From NCBI GenBank assembly GCA_051294375.1, contig CM119264.1, forward strand, positions 21,471,125 through 21,535,124: 64,000 nucleotides of DNA. Direction: 5' to 3'. How positions within the stretch are numbered: the first letter of the stretch is position 1; each line of letters starts with the position of its first letter. Position numbers and translations under genes: made by a program. Of this stretch, positions 50,162 to 64,000 are shown in pieces. The notes under the pieces were generated by a model. The model was not told the origin of the DNA. It did not search any database and saw only the letters and a program-made list of their open reading frames with translations. Source of the stretch: Paraspadella gotoi (Eukaryota; Animalia; Chaetognatha).

Positions 50162-50532
50162 AGTCGGTAACGTGACCTGTGACCCTCAATAGATGACGGA
50201 TAGAGAGCTGAACTATGCATAGTCTTTCTAATTAGTTTTTGAAGTTACCTGAAATAATTGTAGATTGCCAAAGTTGTATTAGTTAATAAAACTATTGATA
50301 AAATATTGCGTCTTACTCCCTTGAGATCTAAAAATGGAATGAACTAAAATATCGGCCTCCCTCTCGTCTATCTTCCTTTGTTTATTCTACTTAGACAAAA
50401 TGTTTACAAAATAAATGCTGAGTTCCTGGGAATCTATGAAATATTAAACTTTGGAACTGAGAAAATTTAGAGAGACAAAATTTGAACGAAAGTTAATTAC
50501 TAAATTGGAGGCTAATTAAAATAATACTAATA
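50162..50532 (-). mobile_element. 5' LTR of the Gypsy element (termini mutated)
   Basis: Reverse-complement match to 35081-35448; begins TATTAGTA and ends ACCGACT. No intact PBS follows. Confidence 0.88.
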
Positions 50533-53500
50533 GAAAAAAGAGATAAAAACTTTAAAAACAAAGAAAAACGTTTTTTCCAATGTAAAAAGAAATAAAAACG
50601 TTAAAAACTTCGGCAAACAACTTTTTTAATAAAAAAAGAGATAAAAAGGTTAAAAACATCGACAAACGACTTTTCCAATGTAAAAAGAGATAAAAACGTT
50701 AAATACACCGGCAGAAGACATTTCCTATGTAAAAATAGATAAAAACGTTAAAAACACTAGCAAATTTCTTTTCCAATATAAAAAGAGATATAAACTTTTA
50801 AAAAACCGGCAAACAATTTTTCCAATGTAAAAAGAGATAAAAAACACCGCCAAACGACTTTTTCAATGTAAAAAGAGATAAAAACGTTAAAAACACCAGC
50901 AAACGACTTTTCCAAAGAGATAGAAACTTTAAAAACAAAGAAAAACGCTTTTTCCAATGTAAAAAGATAAAAAAAACGTAGAAAACACCGCCAAACGATT
51001 CTTTCAATGTAAAAAGAAATAAAAAAGTTAAAAACTGCGGCAAACAGTTTTTGCAATATAAAAAGAGATTAAAAACACCGAACACAACTTTTCCAATGTA
51101 AAAAAAGATAAAAACGTTAAATACACCGGCAAACGTCTTTTCCATTGTAAAAAAGGAAAAAAACGTTGAAAACACCAGAAAACAATTTCTTCAATGTAAA
51201 AAGAGATAAAAACTTTAAAAACAAAGAAAAACGCTTTTTCTAATGTAAAAAGAGATAAGAATGTAAAAAACACCGGAAAACGATATTTTCAAAGAAAAAA
51301 GAAATAAAAACGTTAAAAACTTCTGCAAACAATTTTTTTAATATAAAAATAAATAAAAAGGTTAAAAACACCGGCAAAAAACTTTCTAATTGTATAAAAA
51401 GATAAAAACGTTAAAAACACCAGAAAACGACTTTTCTTTTGTAGAATGAGATAAAAACGTTAAAAACACCGGAAAACGACTTTTTCCTAGTAAAAAAAAT
51501 CAAAACGTTAAAAACACTGTAAAACGACTTTTCCAATGTAAAAAGAGCTAAAAACGTTAAAAACACCGGAAAACGTAATGTAAAAAGAGATAAAAACATT
51601 GAAAACTTTGGCAAACGACTTTCCCAGTGACAATCGACTTTTTCAATTTAAAAATGGATAAAAAAGTTAAAAACACTAGCAAACGACTTTTTCTTAATAA
51701 AAAAAATGTAAACAATAAAAATACTGGAAAACGACTTTTCCAATGCAAAAAGAGATAAAAACGTTAAAAACACCGAAAAAGCACTTTTCCAATGTAAAAA
51801 GAATTAAAAACGTTAAAAACTTTGGCAAACGACTTTTCCAATAAAAAAAAAATAAAACCGTTGAAAACCCCGTCAAACGACTATTCCTATATAAAAAAAA
51901 CTAAAAACGTTAAAAACATCAAAAAACGAGATGAAAACGTTAAAAACACCGAAAAACGACTTTTCCTATGTAAAAAGAGATAAAAACGTTAAAAACAACG
52001 AAAAACGACTTTTCCTTTGTAAAAAAAAAAATGAAAACGTTAAATACACCGGCAGACGACATTTCCTATGTAAAAAGAGATAAAAACGTTTAAAACACCT
52101 GCAAACGACTTTTCCAATATAAAAAGAGATAAAAACTTTAGAAACAAAAAAAAAACGCTTTTTCTAATGTAAATAGATATAAAAAACTCCGACAAACGAC
52201 TTTTCCAATGTAAAAAGAGATAAAAACGTTAAAAACACCAGTAAACGACTTTTCCAAAGAGATAAAAACTGTAAAAAGAAAGAAAAACGCTTTTTCCATG
52301 TACGAAGAGATAAAAACTTAGAAAACACCGGCAAACGATTTTTTCTATGTAAAAAGAAATAAAAACGTTAAAAACTTCGGCAAACATTTTTTGCAATATA
52401 AAAAAAAATTAAAAACACCGACAAACAACTTTTCCAATGTAAAAAGAGATAAAAACGTTAAATACACCCGAAAACGACTTTTCCAATGTCAAAAAAGATA
52501 AAAACGTTAAAAACACCGAAAAAGCACATTTCCAATGTAAAAAGATTTAAAATCGTTAAAAGTTTTGGCAAACGACTTTTCCAATAAAAAAAGAAATAAA
52601 ACCGTTTAAAACCCCGTCAAACGACTTTTCCTATGTAGAAAAAGCTAAAAACATTAAAAACATCAAAAAACGACTTTTCTTTTGTAAAAAGAGATGAAAA
52701 AGTTAAAAAAACCGAGAAACTACTTCTCCGTTTTCTTTTCCAATGTAAAAAGAGATAAAAACGTTAAATACACCGGCAAACGACTTTTTCTATGTAAAAA
52801 GAGCTAAAAACGTTAAAAACTCGAGAAAACGACTTTTCCAATGTCAAAAAAAAATAAAAACGTTAAAAACACCCAAAAACGTCTTTTCCATTGTAAAAAA
52901 GGATAAAAACACCGGAAAACGATATTTTCAAAGAAAAAAGAAATAAAAATGTTAAAAACTTCTGCTAACAACTTTTTCAATATAAAAATAGATTGATTGT
53001 ATAAAAAGATAAAAACGTTAAAAACACCAGAAAACGACTTTTTTTTTTTTGTGGAATGAGATAAAAACGTTAAAAACACCGGAAAACGACTTTTTCAATA
53101 TAAAAAGAGATACAAAGGTTAAAAACATCGACAAACGACTTTTCCAATGTAAAAAGAGATAAAAACGTTAAATATACCGGTAAACGACATTTCCTATGTA
53201 AAAAGATATAAAAACTATTAGAAACAAAGGAAAACGCTTTTTCCAATGTAAAAAGTGTTAAAAACGTAGAAAACACCGGCGAACGATATTTTCAATGTAA
53301 AAGGAAATAAAAACGTTAAAAACTTCGGCAAACAACTTTTTCAATATAAAAAGTGATAAAAACGTTAAATACACTGGCAGACGACAATTCCTATGTAAAA
53401 AGAGATAAAAACGTTAAAAACACTAGCAAACTTCTTTTCTAATATAAAAAAAGATAAAAACTTTAAAAAAAACGGCAAACGATTTTTCCAATGTAAAAAG

Positions 53501-56500
53501 AGATAAAAACGTTAAAAATACCATCAAACGACTTTTTCCAAGAGATAAAAACTTTAAAAACAAAGAAAAACGCTTTTTCCAATGTAGAAAGAGATAAAAA
53601 CGTTAAAAACACCGGAAAACGATTTTTTCAATGTAAAGAAAAATAAAAACGTTAAAAACTTTAGAAAACATTTTTTGCAATATAAAAAGAGATAAAAAGG
53701 TTAAAAACACCGACATACAACTTTTCTTTTGTAAAAAGAGATGAAAACGTTAAAAACACTGAAAAACGACTTTTCCTTTTCCTTTTCCCATGTAAAAAAA
53801 TCTAAAAACGTTTAAAACACCGAAAAACGATTTCTCCGTTTTTTTTCCAGAGATAAAAACGTTAAAAACACCGAAAAACGACTTTTCCTTTGTAAAAAGA
53901 GATAAAAACGTTTAAAACACTTGCAAACGACTTTTCCAATGTAAAAAAAGATAAAAACTTTAGAAACAAAGAAAAACGCTTTTTCCTATGTAAAAAGTGA
54001 TAAAAACGTAGAAAACACCGGCAAACGATATTTTCAATATTAAAAGAAATAAAAACGTTAAAAACTTCGGCAAACAATTTTTCAGTATAAAAAGAGATAA
54101 AAAGGTTAAAAACATCGACAAACGACTTTTCCAATGTAAAAGAGATAAAAAAGAGATGAAAACGTTAAAAACACTGAAAAACGCCTTTTCCATTTTCCTT
54201 TTCCTATGTAAAAAAAGCTAAAAACGTTAAAACCGAAAAACGACTTTCTTTGTAAATAAGATGATAAAACGTTTAAATACACCGGCACGACTCGAATTTC
54301 GCTATGTGAAAGGTTAGAAAAACGTTAAAAACGCAACCAGTTAAACGACTTTTTTCAAAGGAGATTTAAAAATTTAAAAAGAAAGAAAAAGCTTTTATCC
54401 TGTAAATGAAGAGATAAAACGTAGATAAACAGAAGGCAGAACGATTTTTTTCAAGTGTAAAAGAATAAAAAACGAGATAAAAATTCTGGCAAACATTTTT
54501 TGCAATATATAAAAGAATTAAAAACACCGACAACAACTTGTCCAATGTAAAAAGAGATAAAAGAACGTTAAATACAGGCCCGAAAAACGACTTTTCCAAT
54601 GTCAAAAAATATAAAACGTGTCAAAAAACCGGAAAACGAATTCTTCCTTTTTTTTATTCCATGAGATAAAAAACGTTAAATAATATGAAAAACGACTTTT
54701 CTTTGTTAAAAGAGATCAAAACGTTAAATACACGGCAGACGACATTTCCTATTGTAAAGAGTTAAAAAACGTTATAAAACAACAGTAAAGCGATTTTCCA
54801 AAGAGATATAAACTTTAAAAAGAAAGAAAAAACGCTTTTTCCATGTAAAAAGAGAATAAAAAGTCGAAAACACCGGAAACTGATTTTTTCAATGTAAAAA
54901 GACACTACACACACCCACGTCTAAAACTTCGGCAAACATTTTTGCAACTACCTACAAAAAGTTATACCAACACATAGACAAACAACTTTTCCAACTGTAA
55001 AAAGAGATAAATAGTTAATGAACTATACCGAAAACGACTTTTCCATGTCAACAAAAGATATAAAACTAAAACACCGGAGAATAAGCCATTTTCAGGATGT
55101 TAACAGGATTAAAATCGTCTAAAAGTTTTGGCAAATAACGAATATTTCAAAAAAAAAGAATAAAACGTTTAAAAACCCGTCAACCCGACTTTCCTATGTA
55201 GACAAAGGTAATAAACATTAAAAACATCAAAAAACGATTTCTTACTGTAACAGAAAGAGATGAAAACGTATAAAGAAACGAGAAAGCACTTCTCGTTTTC
55301 TTTCGCAATGTAAAGACCACGGATACGCTTAAATACCGGGCAAACGACTTTTTCTTATGTAAAGAGTAAAAACGTTAAAAACCGAGAACGCACTCTCTCC
55401 ACATGTCAACAAAAAAAACGTTCAAACACCCAAAAATCGTTTTTCTACAAGTTGAGAAAAAGGGCATAAAATCGTGAGAAAATCACCGCAACACGGACTA
55501 CTTCTCTCACAGCAAACAAGAGATAATAATAATGTTAAAAACTTCGCTCACCACTCACTTTTCAATATAAATAATAGATGACAAAGGGATCTAAAAACAA
55601 CTGGAAACCCATATTTTTGATTGTATAAAATAAGCATAAAAAGTTATAAAGCAATCCAGAAAGGCCACTGTTTTTTGTGGATGAGACGATACCCGGCCCC
55701 CAAAATACGTTAAAAACACCGAAAAACGACTCTCTCTCTCTCAGCTATCCAACACGCAGATAAAAGGTTAGAAAACAATTGAAAGCGACTTTTCAATGTA
55801 AAAGAGATAAACGTATAAATATACGGTAAACGCACACTTCTCTCACGCCTCCACACACAGCACGACTCACACCACACTTAAAACACTAGCAAATTTTCTT
55901 CCATATAAAAAGAGATAAAAACTTTTAAAAAACCGGGAAACCCGACTTTGTCCAATATAAAAGAGATGAAACCAGACACGACAACGACTTTTCAATGTAA
56001 AAACATATAAACGTTAAATAAAAATAAAACGCAGACAACACTACATAATGTAAAAGAGATAAACCGTAAAAACCGCAAGACTTTTCCAAAGAGATAAAAT
56101 TTAAAAACAAAAGAAAACGATGGCTTTTTCAATGTATAATAAGATAAAAACGATTAAAAACTATTGGCTGAACGACTTCCAATAAAAACAGAAATAAACC
56201 GTTGAAAACCCGTCAACGACTATTCTGTGTAAAAAAAGCTAAATACGTTGAAAAACATCAAAAATACTTTTTTTTGGTAAAAAGGATGAAAACGTTAAGA
56301 ACACCGGAAAAAGACTTTTGCTTTTCCTTTTCTCTATGTAAAAAAAGTATAAACGTTTAAAAACACGAAAAACGATTTATCCGTTTTCTTTTCCTATGTA
56401 AAAGGGGATAAAGACGTTTAAACACGCAAAGGAACTGTTTCTTTTAAATAGAGATAAAATTAAAAGAACGGCAAGACGAATTTTATTAATAAGAGATAAA

Positions 56501-59500
56501 AACGTTTAAAACACTGCAAACTGACTTTTCAATATAAAAAGAGATAAAACTTAGAAACAAAGAAAAAGAGGCTTTTTCAATGGTAAAAATGTGATAAAAC
56601 GTAAAAAACACGCAAAGCGATAAAAAGAAATAAAACTGTTAAAGACTTCGGCAAAACACCTTTTCAATATAAAAAAAAGATAAAAGGTAAAAACATTGAA
56701 AACGACTTCAATGTAAAGATAGAGATAAAAACGTTAAATACAAACGGCAGACGACAATTCTATGTATAAAAGAGATATAAAATGTTTAAAAAACTAGCAA
56801 ACTTTTTTTTCAATATAATAAAAAGAAAAACTTTAAAAAAACCGGCAACGATTTTCCAAGAGTAAAAAGAGATAAAAAACCGACAAACACTTTTCCAATG
56901 TAAAAAGCGATCAAAACGTATTAAAAATAACGATCAAACCGACTTTTTCCAGAGATAAATAACTTTAAAACAAAGGAAAAACGCTTTTTCCATGTAAATA
57001 AAATAAAAACAGTAGAAAAACACCCGGCAAACGATTTTTTCAATGTAAAGAAAAAACGTTAAAATAAATTTGGCAAACATTTTTTCAATATAAAAAAGAT
57101 AAAAGGTTTAAAGACCCGACAAAACTTTTCATCAATGTAAAAAGATGATAAAAACTGTAAAATACAACCGGCACGATTTTCTTATGTTAAGAGCTAAAAA
57201 CGTTAAAACACCGCGAAAAAAACTTTTCCATTGTCAAAAAGATAAAAACGTAAAAAAACATAGATGCCACGGAAAAATGTCTTTCATTATGTAACACAAG
57301 GATAAAAACGTTGAAATAAGACCAGGAAACAACTTCTTCAATGTACAAAGAGATAAAATTTAAAAAAAGAAAAACGCTTTCCAAGGTTAAAAAAAAAATA
57401 TAAAAAGTTAAAATTTCTGCAAAAATTTTTCAATATAAATAGATGAAAAAGTTAAAACACGGCAACAACTTTTGATTGTATAAAATAAAAACGTTAAAAA
57501 CACAGAGAAAACGGATACTTTGTTTTTGATGGTAATGAGAATAAAACGTTAAAAACAAAGTAAAACGAAAAGAAATCTTTTTCAAGATATAAAAAAAGAT
57601 AAAAAGGCTTAAAACCGATGACAAACGACGTTTTCCAATGTAAAGAGATAAAAGTTTTATAATACACGAGCAAGCGGACATTTCATGTAAGAAGAGATAA
57701 AAACCGTGTAAAAAAACACGACGAAATGTATATTCCCATTGTAAAAAAGGGAATACAAACGTCTGAAAAGACAGAAAAACAACTATCTTCAATGTAAAAG
57801 AGAGTAAAAACTTTAAAACAAAGAAAAACGCTTTTTCGCAAGGTAATAAGAATAAAAACTTAATAAACTAGCAAACTTCTATTTCCAATATACAATAAGA
57901 GATATAAACTTAAAAAACAGCAAACGAATTTTTCCAATATGTAAAATGAAAGAAAAAAAACACATGACAAAGCGACTTTCAATGTTGAAAATAGAGATTA
58001 AAAAATCGTTAAAAACACCAGCAAACGTCTCTTCCAAAGAGGTAAATAATCTTAAAAACAAAGAAAGCCTTTTTAATGTAAAAGAAAAAACGTAGAAAAC
58101 CCGGAAAACGATTTATTCAAATGTGAAAAGAACAAAACGTAAAAACTTTGCAAACATTTTTTGCAATATAAAAAGAGGATATTAAAAATCATCCGAACAA
58201 CAACTTTTCAATCGTAATATAGAGAATAAACGTTAAATATCCGGCAAACGACATTGTCCTTAAGATGTAAAAAGAGATAAAAAAGGATTGATAAACAACC
58301 AAGAAGTAAACACAAATTCTTCAATGTAAAAAGAGATAATCAGAACTTTAAACAAGAAAAACGCTTTTTTAATGTAAAAGAAGAGATAAAATACGTAGAA
58401 GAACGGAAACAACTTTTCAAAAAATAAAATTAATAAAAAACTATTAAAAACAACTGCAAACGAACTTTTCCGATAAAAAAGAGATAAAAAACTTTAGAAA
58501 CAAGAAAACGCTATTGTCTGACATGTAAAAAAGTGATAAATCGATGGAAAACACGTCAAACACTTTTTGATTGTATATAAAAATAAAAGCTTAAATAACC
58601 AGAAAGCGACTTTTCTTTTGTAGATATGAAGATAAAAACGTTAAAAACCGGAAAACGACTTCTTAGTGACAAAAATGTAAGAACGTTAAAAACACTGGAA
58701 AAGGAGAATTTTCAATATCAAAGAGATATGAAAACGTTAAAAACAGAATCGAAAAAGCACTTTGTCCAGTAGAAAAAAAAAATAAAAAACGTTAAAACTT
58801 TGAGCAAACGACTTTCACTAAAAAAAGGAAATAAAACCGTTGTAGAAACGCGTCAATACGATTTCGTATGTAAAAAAGCTAAAATGTTAAAACATAGAAC
58901 GATTTTTTGGTAAACAAAGAGATGAAAACGTTAAAACGGAAGAAACATTTTTTCTTTTTCTTTTCTTTCCTTGTAGAAAAAAGCTAAAAACGTAAAACAT
59001 CAAAACTACTTTTCTTTTGGTAAAAGAGAAATGAAACGTTAAAAAACCGAAAAACGCTTTGCCTTTTCTTTTCTATGTAAGAAAAGTATATACGTTAAAA
59101 CACGAGCGAAAAAGACTTTCCGTTTTTTTTCTATGTAAAGGGGATAAAAACGTTAAAAAACCGAAAAGCGACTTTTTTCTTTTTAAATAGAGATAAAACG
59201 TGAAATAAACGAACGACATTTCCTATGTACAAGAGAATAAAAAACGTTTAAAACAGCATGCAAACGACTTTCCAATAGTAAAAAGAGATTAAACTATTAA
59301 AACAAAGGAAACGGCTTTCCAATGTAAAAGTGAATAAAACGTGAAAACACGGCGAACGATTTTTCAATGGTAAAGGAAATGAAATAGTTAAATAACTTGT
59401 CAAACAACTTTTTCAATATAAAAAAGTGTGAAAAAAAACGTTAAATACGCCAACGACTATCAAATTCTCCATATTAAAAAAGAGGATAAAAACGTAAACA

Positions 59501-62500
59501 CTAGCAAACTTACTTTTCCATAAAAAGAAAGTAAAACTTTTAAAAACCGGCACGAACGATTTTTTCAATGTAAAGACAAAAACCACGAACGACTTATGTA
59601 AAAACTAGTAAAAAACACAAACGATTACAAGAGATAAAAACGTTAAAAACAAAGAAAAACGCTTTTTCAATTAAAGAGATAAAGACGTAAAAAACACGGT
59701 AAGCATTTTTTTAATAGTAAAGAGAAATAAAAGTTAAAAATTTAGCAAAGTTTTTGAATAATAAAAAGAGATAAAAAGGTTAAAAACAACCGGCAAACAG
59801 ATTTTCTTTTTTTAAAAAGAGATGAAACGTTAAAACATGAAACGACTTTTCTTTTCCCTTTCTAATGTAAAAAAGCAAAAAAACGTTTAAAAACACCGAA
59901 AAAGATTCTCGTTTCTTTCCAGAGATATAAACGTTAAAAACACGACTTTTCCATTTGTAAAAAGAGATAAACACTAAAAACAAAGAAAAAAGGCTATTCC
60001 GAATGTAAAAAGAGATAATACAGTAGAAAAACGGAANNNNNNNNNNNNNNNNNNNNNNNNNAAAAGAGATAAAAACTTTTAAAAAACCGAGAAACGACTT
60101 TTCCAATGTAAAAAGAGATGAAAAACACCGACAAACGACTTTTCCAATGTAAAAAGACATAAAACGTTAAATACACCGGCAGAAAACACTACCAATGTAA
60201 AAAGAGATAAAAACGTTAAAAACACCAGCAAACGACTTTTCCAAAGAGATAAAAACTTTAAAAACAAAGAAAAACGCTTTTTCCAATGTAAAATAAGATA
60301 AAAACGTTAAAAACTTTGGCAAACGACTTTTCCAATAAAAACAGAAATTAAACCGTTGAAAAACCCGTCAAACGACTATTCCTGTGTAAAAAAAGCTAAA
60401 TACGTTAAAAACATCAAAAAACTACTTTTCTTTTGTAAAAAGAGATGAAAACGTTAAGAACACCGAAAAACGACTTTTGCTTTTCCTTTTCCTATGTAAA
60501 AAAAGCTATAAACGTTAAAAACACCGAAAAACGATTTCTCCGTTTTCTTTTCCTATGTAAAAGGGGATAAAAACGTTAAAAACACCGAAAAACGACTTTT
60601 CCTTTTTAAATAGAGATAAAAACGTTAAAAAAACCGGCAGACGACATTTCCTATGTAAAAAGAGATAAAAACGTTTAAAACACCTGCAAACGACTTTTCC
60701 AATATAAAAAGAGATAAAAACTATTAGAAAAAAAGGAAAACGCTTTTTCCAAAGTAAAAAGTGATAAAAACGTCGAAAACACCGGCGAACGATATTTTCA
60801 ATGTAAAAGGAAATAAAAACGTTAAAAACTTCGGCAAACAACTTTTTCAATATAAAAAAAGATAAAAACGTTAAATTCACCGAAAAACGACTTTTCCTTT
60901 TTAAATAGAGATAAAAACGTTAAAAAAACCGGCAGACGACAATTCCTATGTAAAAAGAGATAAAAATGTTAAAAACACTAGCAAACTTCTTTTCCAATAT
61001 AAAAAAAGATAAAAACTTTAAAAAAACCGGCAAACGATTTTTCCAAAGTAAAAAGAGATAAAAAAAACCGACAAACCACTTTTCCAATGTAAAAAGAGAT
61101 AAAAACGTTAAAAATACCATCAAACGACTTTTTCCAAGAGATAAAAACTTTAAAAACAAAGAAAAACGCTTTTTCCCATGTAAAAAAAGATAAAAACGTA
61201 GAAAACACCGGCAAACGATTTTTTCAATGTAAAAGAAAAAAAACGTTAAAAACTTTGGCAAACATTTTTTTCAATATAAAAAAAGATAAAAAGGTTAAAA
61301 ACACCGACAAACAACTTTTCCAATGTAAAAAGAGATAAAAACGTAAAATACACCGGCAACCGACTTTTCTTATGTTAAAAGAGCTAAAAACGTTAAAAAC
61401 ACCCGAAAAAAACTTTTCCATTGTCAAAAAAGATAAAAACGTTAAAAACACCGAAAAATGTCTTTTCCATTGTAAAAAAGGATAAAAACGTTGAAAAGAC
61501 CAGAAAACAACTTCTTCAATGTAAAAAGAGATAAAAACTTTAAAAACAAAGAAAAACGCTTTTTCCAAGGTAAAAAAAAATAAAAACGTTAAAAATTTCT
61601 GCAAACAACTTTTTCAATATAAAAATAGATGAAAAGGTTAAAAACACCGGCAAACAACTTTTTGATTGTATAAAAAGATAAAAACGTTAAAAACACCAGA
61701 AAACGACTTTTTTTTGTGGAATGAGATAAAAACGTTAAAAACACCGGAAAACGACTTTTTCAATATAAAAAAAGATAAAAAGGTTAAAAACATCGACAAA
61801 CGACTTTTCCAATGTAAAAAAAGATAAAAACGTTAATAACACTAGCAAACTTCTTTTCCAATATAAAAAGAGATATAAACTTTAAAAAAAACAGCAAACG
61901 ATTTTTCCAATGTAAAATGAGAAAAAAAACACCGACAAACGACTTTTCCAATTTGAAAAGAGATTAAAACGTTAAAAACACCAGCAAACGACTTTTCCAA
62001 AGAGGTAAAAACTTTAAAAACAAAGAAAAACGCCTTTTTTAATGTAAAAAGATAAAAAAACGTAGAAAACACCGGCAAACGATTTTTTCAATGTGAAAAG
62101 AAACAAAAACGTTAAAAACTTTGGCAAACATTTTTTGCAATATAAAAAGAGATTAAAAACACCGACAAACAACTTTTCCAATGTAAAAAGAGATAAAAAC
62201 GTTAAATACACCGGCAAACGACATTTCCTATGTAAAAAGAGATAAAAACGTTGAAAACACCAGAAAACAATTTCTTCAATGTAAAAAGAGATAAAAACTT
62301 TAAAAACAAAGAAAAACGCTTTTTCTAATGTAAAAAGAGATAAAAACGTAGAAAACACCGGCAAACAACTTTTTCAAAATAAAAATAGATAAAAACATTA
62401 AAAACACCTGCAAACGACTTTTCCGATAAAAAAAGAGATAAAAACTTTAGAAACAAAGAAAAACGCTTTGTCTAATGTAAAAAGTGATAAAAACGTGGAA

Positions 62501-64000
62501 AACACGTCAAACAACTTTTTGATTGTATAAAAAAATAAAAACGTTAAAAACACCAGAAAACGACTTTTCTTTTGTAGAATGAGATAAAAAACGTTAAAAA
62601 CACCGGAAAACGACTTTTCCTTAGTACAAAAAAATGTAAACGTTAAAAACACTGGAAAACGACTTTTCCAATGCAAAAAGAGATAAAAACGTTAAAAACA
62701 TCGAAAAAGCACTTTTCCAATAGAAAAAAAAAATAAAAACGTTAAAAACTTTGGCAAACGACTTTTCCAATAAAAAAAGAAATAAAACCGTTGTAAACCC
62801 CGTCAAACGACTATTCCTATGTAAAAAAAGCTAAAAATGTTAAAAACATCAAAAAACGACTTTTCTTTTGTAAAAAGAGATGAAAACGTTAAAAACGAAG
62901 AAAAACAACTTTTTCTTTTCTTTTTCCTTTGTAAAAAAAGCTAAAAACGTTAAAAACATCAAAAAACTACTTTTCTTTTGTAAAAAGAAATGAAAACGTT
63001 AAAAACACCGAAAAACGACTTTTGCTTTTTCTTTTCCTATGTAAAAAAAGCTATAAACGTTAAAAACACCGAAAAAGACTTCTCCGTTTTCTTTTCCTAT
63101 GTAAAAGGGGATAAAAACGTTAAAAACACCGAAAAACGACTTTTTCTTTTTAAATAGAGATAAAAACGTGAAATAAACCGGCAGACGACATTTCCTATGT
63201 AAAAAGAGATAAAAACGTTTAAAACACCTGCAAACGACTTTTCCAATATAAAAAGAGATAAAAACTATTAGAAACAAAGGAAAACGCTTTTTCCAATGTA
63301 AAAAGTGATAAAAACGTAGAAAACACCGGCGAACGATATTTTCAATGTAAAAGGAAATAAATACGTTAAAAACTTGGTCAAACAACTTTTTCAATATAAA
63401 AAGTGATGAAAACGTTAAATACACCGGCAGACGACAATTCCTATGTAAAAAGAGATAAAAACGTTAAAAACACTAGCAAACTTCTTTTCCAATATAAAAA
63501 AAGCTAAAAACTTTTAAAAACCGGCAAACGATTTTTCCAATGTAAAAAGAGATAAAAACGTTAAAAATACCATCAAACAAGAGATAAAAACTTTAAAAAC
63601 AAAGAAAAACGCTTTTTCCAATGTAGAAAGAGATAAAAACGTAAAAAACACCGGTAAACGATTTTTTCAATGTAAAGAGAAATAAAAACGTTAAAAACTT
63701 TAGCAAACGTTTTTTGCAATATAAAAAGAGATAAAAAGGTTAAAAACACCGACAAACAACTTTTCTTTTTTTAAAAAGAGATGAAAACGTTAAAAACACT
63801 GAAAAACGACTTTTCTTTTCCCTTTCTAATGTAAAAAAGCAAAAAAACGTTTAAAAACACCGAAAAAGATTCTCGTTTCTTTCCAGAGATATAAACGTTA
63901 AAAACACGACTTTTCCATTTGTAAAAAGAGATAAACACTAAAAACAAAGAAAAAAGGCTATTCCGAATGTAAAAAGAGATAATACAGTAGAAAAACGGAA
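50533..64000. repeat. ~49-bp satellite array, right block (A-rich orientation)
   Basis: Same monomer family as the left block. ~54250-59780 is indel-rich; ~55910-60036 duplicates 60062-64000. Confidence 0.97.

Noticed and set aside
16590-63755. Dozens of Phe/Leu/Lys-rich ORFs (MFLTFLSLFTLEKSF...)
   Set aside because: These are translation by-products of the T-rich satellite strand. The 49-bp period is not a multiple of 3 and frames are not conserved.
16120-64000. CRISPR-like repeat-spacer array
   Set aside because: The variable segments are short, related to each other and recur many times. There are no cas genes and the context is eukaryotic. It is a satellite.

Overview
This is AT-rich eukaryotic, probably invertebrate, heterochromatin-like sequence with no intact host gene. 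About 37 kb is a ~49-bp satellite (16.1-39.5 kb and 50.5-64 kb). Its monomers carry helically spaced A/T tracts and a small recurring vocabulary of variable segments, arranged as shuffled higher-order repeats with several strand switches; parts look like noisy long-read gap fill. The first 16 kb is a deep nest of non-autonomous elements resolvable by terminal repeats and target duplications: hAT-like, Tc1/mariner-like foldback, 2-bp-TSD TIR element and Helentron/HINE. It also holds short palindromes whose arms carry Penelope-type minimal hammerhead ribozyme motifs. Within the satellite lies a heavily deleted minus-strand Ty3/Gypsy LTR retrotransposon: two LTRs, a PPT, and remnants of protease, RNase H and integrase. 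Its integrase is followed by a GDSL/SGNH-hydrolase-like fragment and a possible antisense spliced ORF. Its pol frame is split by a 6.4-kb unclassified insertion that has a diverged relative at 8.6-12.6 kb. All calls were made by eye; no database searches were run.
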